Positions 61,835 to 64,000 of a stretch of 64,000 nt of DNA are shown one piece after another. Numbering within the stretch: the first letter of the stretch is position 1; each line of letters starts with the position of its first letter. A program made the position numbers and the translations under genes. Below the pieces are notes generated by a model. It saw only the letters and a program-made list of their open reading frames with translations. It was not told the origin of the DNA and did no database searches. This DNA is from Selaginella moellendorffii (lineage: Eukaryota; Plantae; Lycopodiophyta), in NCBI RefSeq assembly GCF_000143415.4, contig NW_003314312.1, positions 501,261 through 565,260 on the forward strand, in the 5' to 3' direction.

Positions 61835-62062
61835 ATAAACAAACTGGCCATCTTTCTTTCTTTCTCACACATCCATTTATTATTATACTCTCTTTTTACT
61901 TCCTCACCAAATCACGATTCTTTATGTAAATTAAAAGCGCCTGAAAAAAAAACGAGAGAAGATTACAAAGAAGACCTACGCAATTTACATTGTACGCTTT
62001 GATCAGATGCCATGACAAGCGAAGAAGGAAACGATCTTATTTTCACCTTCGCTTATTGAGAA

Positions 62063-62082
62063 AGAGAGAGAGAGAGAGAGAG
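62063..62082. repeat. (AG)n microsatellite
   Basis: About 10 AG units between the SIP and HECT 3' ends. Confidence 0.85.
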
Positions 62083-62108
62083 GAAAAAAAAAAACGAGAC
62101 CCTGATCA

Positions 62109-64000
62109 TCAAGCAAATCCAAAGCCTTCCGCAATGTGATCGGCCGTGATCGCGTAGAGGCTTCTGTGCATCACGTCAAAGCTCGAGTAAGGCGGCAGTA
62201 TCAACTGGTAGAAGCAAGTGTGAGCCGTCGGCAACCAAGTCACGTTGGTGAGCGACTTGTGGATGTGGAACTTCGACGTCAAGCCTGCGAATCCCTCCGG
62301 CGGTAAATGCGTCACCGACGTTGCGAAGAACAGCAGCTTTCTCCGTCTCTCGGGGGACATCTCTTCTACCACCTGAGAGAAAGCGGTAAGAGTTTGCAAA
62401 GAACAAAGAAGACCAAAAGAAAGCATACCTCCCAAAACCATCGAGCTTGCTCGTCCGAGGCGGTGTAATCGTGGTACTCGGTGTGCTGCTTCCAGTCTTC
62501 CACAGAGATCTCGCGATCTTTGCCGTAGAGCATCAGGTCCAGATCCTCGAGATCCAGCGGGCGAAGAAACTGGTGGATGGAGGTGTTGGACAGCAAGTCG
62601 GAGAAGCCTTGAGAGAACCACTTGACTTGGTCTGCGACTGCGGCCACGAGACGCCTCTGGACCATGAGATCCACAAAGTGACGCCGGTTCGTGCTGGTGA
62701 CTGCCATATCCTTCCCGCCGGGACAAAGCTCCAGCACCTTTCGTGATCCCAGGAGTTCCATCTCGGTTACGAACGTGAGGCCCAGCGTGTCCGAGTCGAT
62801 GCTGTCCGGGTCCATTTCTAGGATGTTTTTGCAGCTCGCGTACAGTGCCGGGTCCGCGTCTCTCGAGTCTTCCCAGGTTATGGGAAGGCCAGCCAGCTGC
62901 TTGAAGAAGAAGAGAGCAAAGGTGACGTCTACCTGGACTCTGTGCATCATAGCCAGCGCTATAACTCGTCCACAGAATTTGAAGTACGTGAGATGTCCAG
63001 GATTGACTCCGGAAGCTGCAAGAGAAGAGAGGAGTTTAAAAGAGAGTTCACAAAAGCAAAGAAAAAACAAAGAAGAGTATACGTACCTGGATTTGGATAG
63101 AATCTTCTTCTGTCGTTGGGACACGGCAGAAACAACGCAAACTGAGGATTGAAGATCTCCTTGCAAACCATGAAGAACCACTCTCTCAAAACACCCGGCC
63201 CTGTCGCTTCCTCTGACGAAAACTCCACCGAAAGGCCACCCTGTATGTTCTCCGCTTCCACGTAAACCAGTTGCTCGAGTGACTCCGTCAGGAGCTGCGA
63301 ACGCTGGATAACAATCTCCTGGCGTTCCTCGTGGTCGTCCTGCGGCTCCGGTAGCATAGCCATGACGAGCCGCTTCTTCGAGTCAAACTCTAAAAAGCGC
63401 TTGTACTCAAGCAGCCAAAAGTCGTGATCTTGCCAGCGTGACTGACTAACCAGCACATTCAAGGCCAAGCGTTGGCTTCGCAGCAGCGACAAGAGCTTCA
63501 TCGACGAGATATCGGAGAGTTTCGCCACGGCATGGAGCCCCTTGAGCACGAACAAGAATGGAGCACGAGCAAACGGCCTCTCCTCAACCCCTTGTGTGCT
63601 TCTCGGCCCTCCCTCTTGAAACTTTTCGTGCTGCCAGAGTACCGTGACCAAGCACTTGTCCAGCTCCACCAGCAGCCTATGGAAAATACTATCCAGCCAC
63701 CCCGCTGTTCCCACTTGCTGTGCCTGTGCCTGTGCCTGAGTTGTCTCATCACTGCATCCCAGTCTCAACTCCAAGTAATCCATGGAACTATTTCCCGGAT
63801 CTTCCGAGTCGACCACCTTGCACACTGCCATCGACTTGCAGATGTGCGTGATGAAAGCGGTGAAGTCCTTGGCCTCTTTGATATACGACGAGAACTCTTG
63901 GCCTGGAAAGCTACGATAGTCCTGTAGACGAGTTAACAAGCTCTCGGCCAGTTCGTTAGCAAACGGGGAAAAGTCACTCACAATGGTCTCGGCCTTCACC
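62109..64000 (-). CDS. HECT E3 ubiquitin ligase, UPL5-like; 5' part lies outside the window
   Basis: EFSSEEATGPGVLREWF, RRRFYPNP, FCGRVIALA, ELCPGG, WFWEVV and LPTAHTCFYQL (catalytic Cys); introns at about 63086-63017 and 62428-62373. Confidence 0.95.

Overview
Plant nuclear DNA, most likely the lycophyte Selaginella (inferred from ~45-60 nt introns, very tight gene spacing and an SS-repeat PPR gene). Three gene islands alternate with two blocks of nested Ty3/Gypsy LTR retrotransposons (about 9.5-27.5 kb and 38.5-56.5 kb); there are two assembly gaps. Island 1 (1-8.2 kb): beta-hexosaminidase 3' end, two PLS-class PPR genes and an AT-rich S-protein-homologue (SPH) gene. Island 2 (27.9-37 kb): head-to-head eIF3K and eIF4B, a USP-like protein and a subtilase. 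Island 3 (58.7-64 kb): dirigent protein, EMC3, a SIP aquaporin and a HECT E3 ligase. The main observation is a full-length chromovirus (47640-55185; ATGTA TSD; LTRs about 97-98% identical). Its integrase is interrupted by two short canonical GT-AG introns, one just before the catalytic E and one just before the GPY/F motif. Removing them gives one frameshift-free gag-pol frame, so active integrase should depend on splicing while the unspliced RNA is the one reverse-transcribed. The same element has a densely base-paired ~290-nt 3' region with two tRNA T-arm-like hairpins and a palindromic loop. Also reconstructed from junction sequences: a recently inserted non-autonomous element with a fully decayed interior, a ~3-kb inversion, an inverted triplication inside an LTR, and an ~80-bp module shared by otherwise different LTR families. 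Family letters A-F are my own labels. All identities and counts are by eye; no database search was run.
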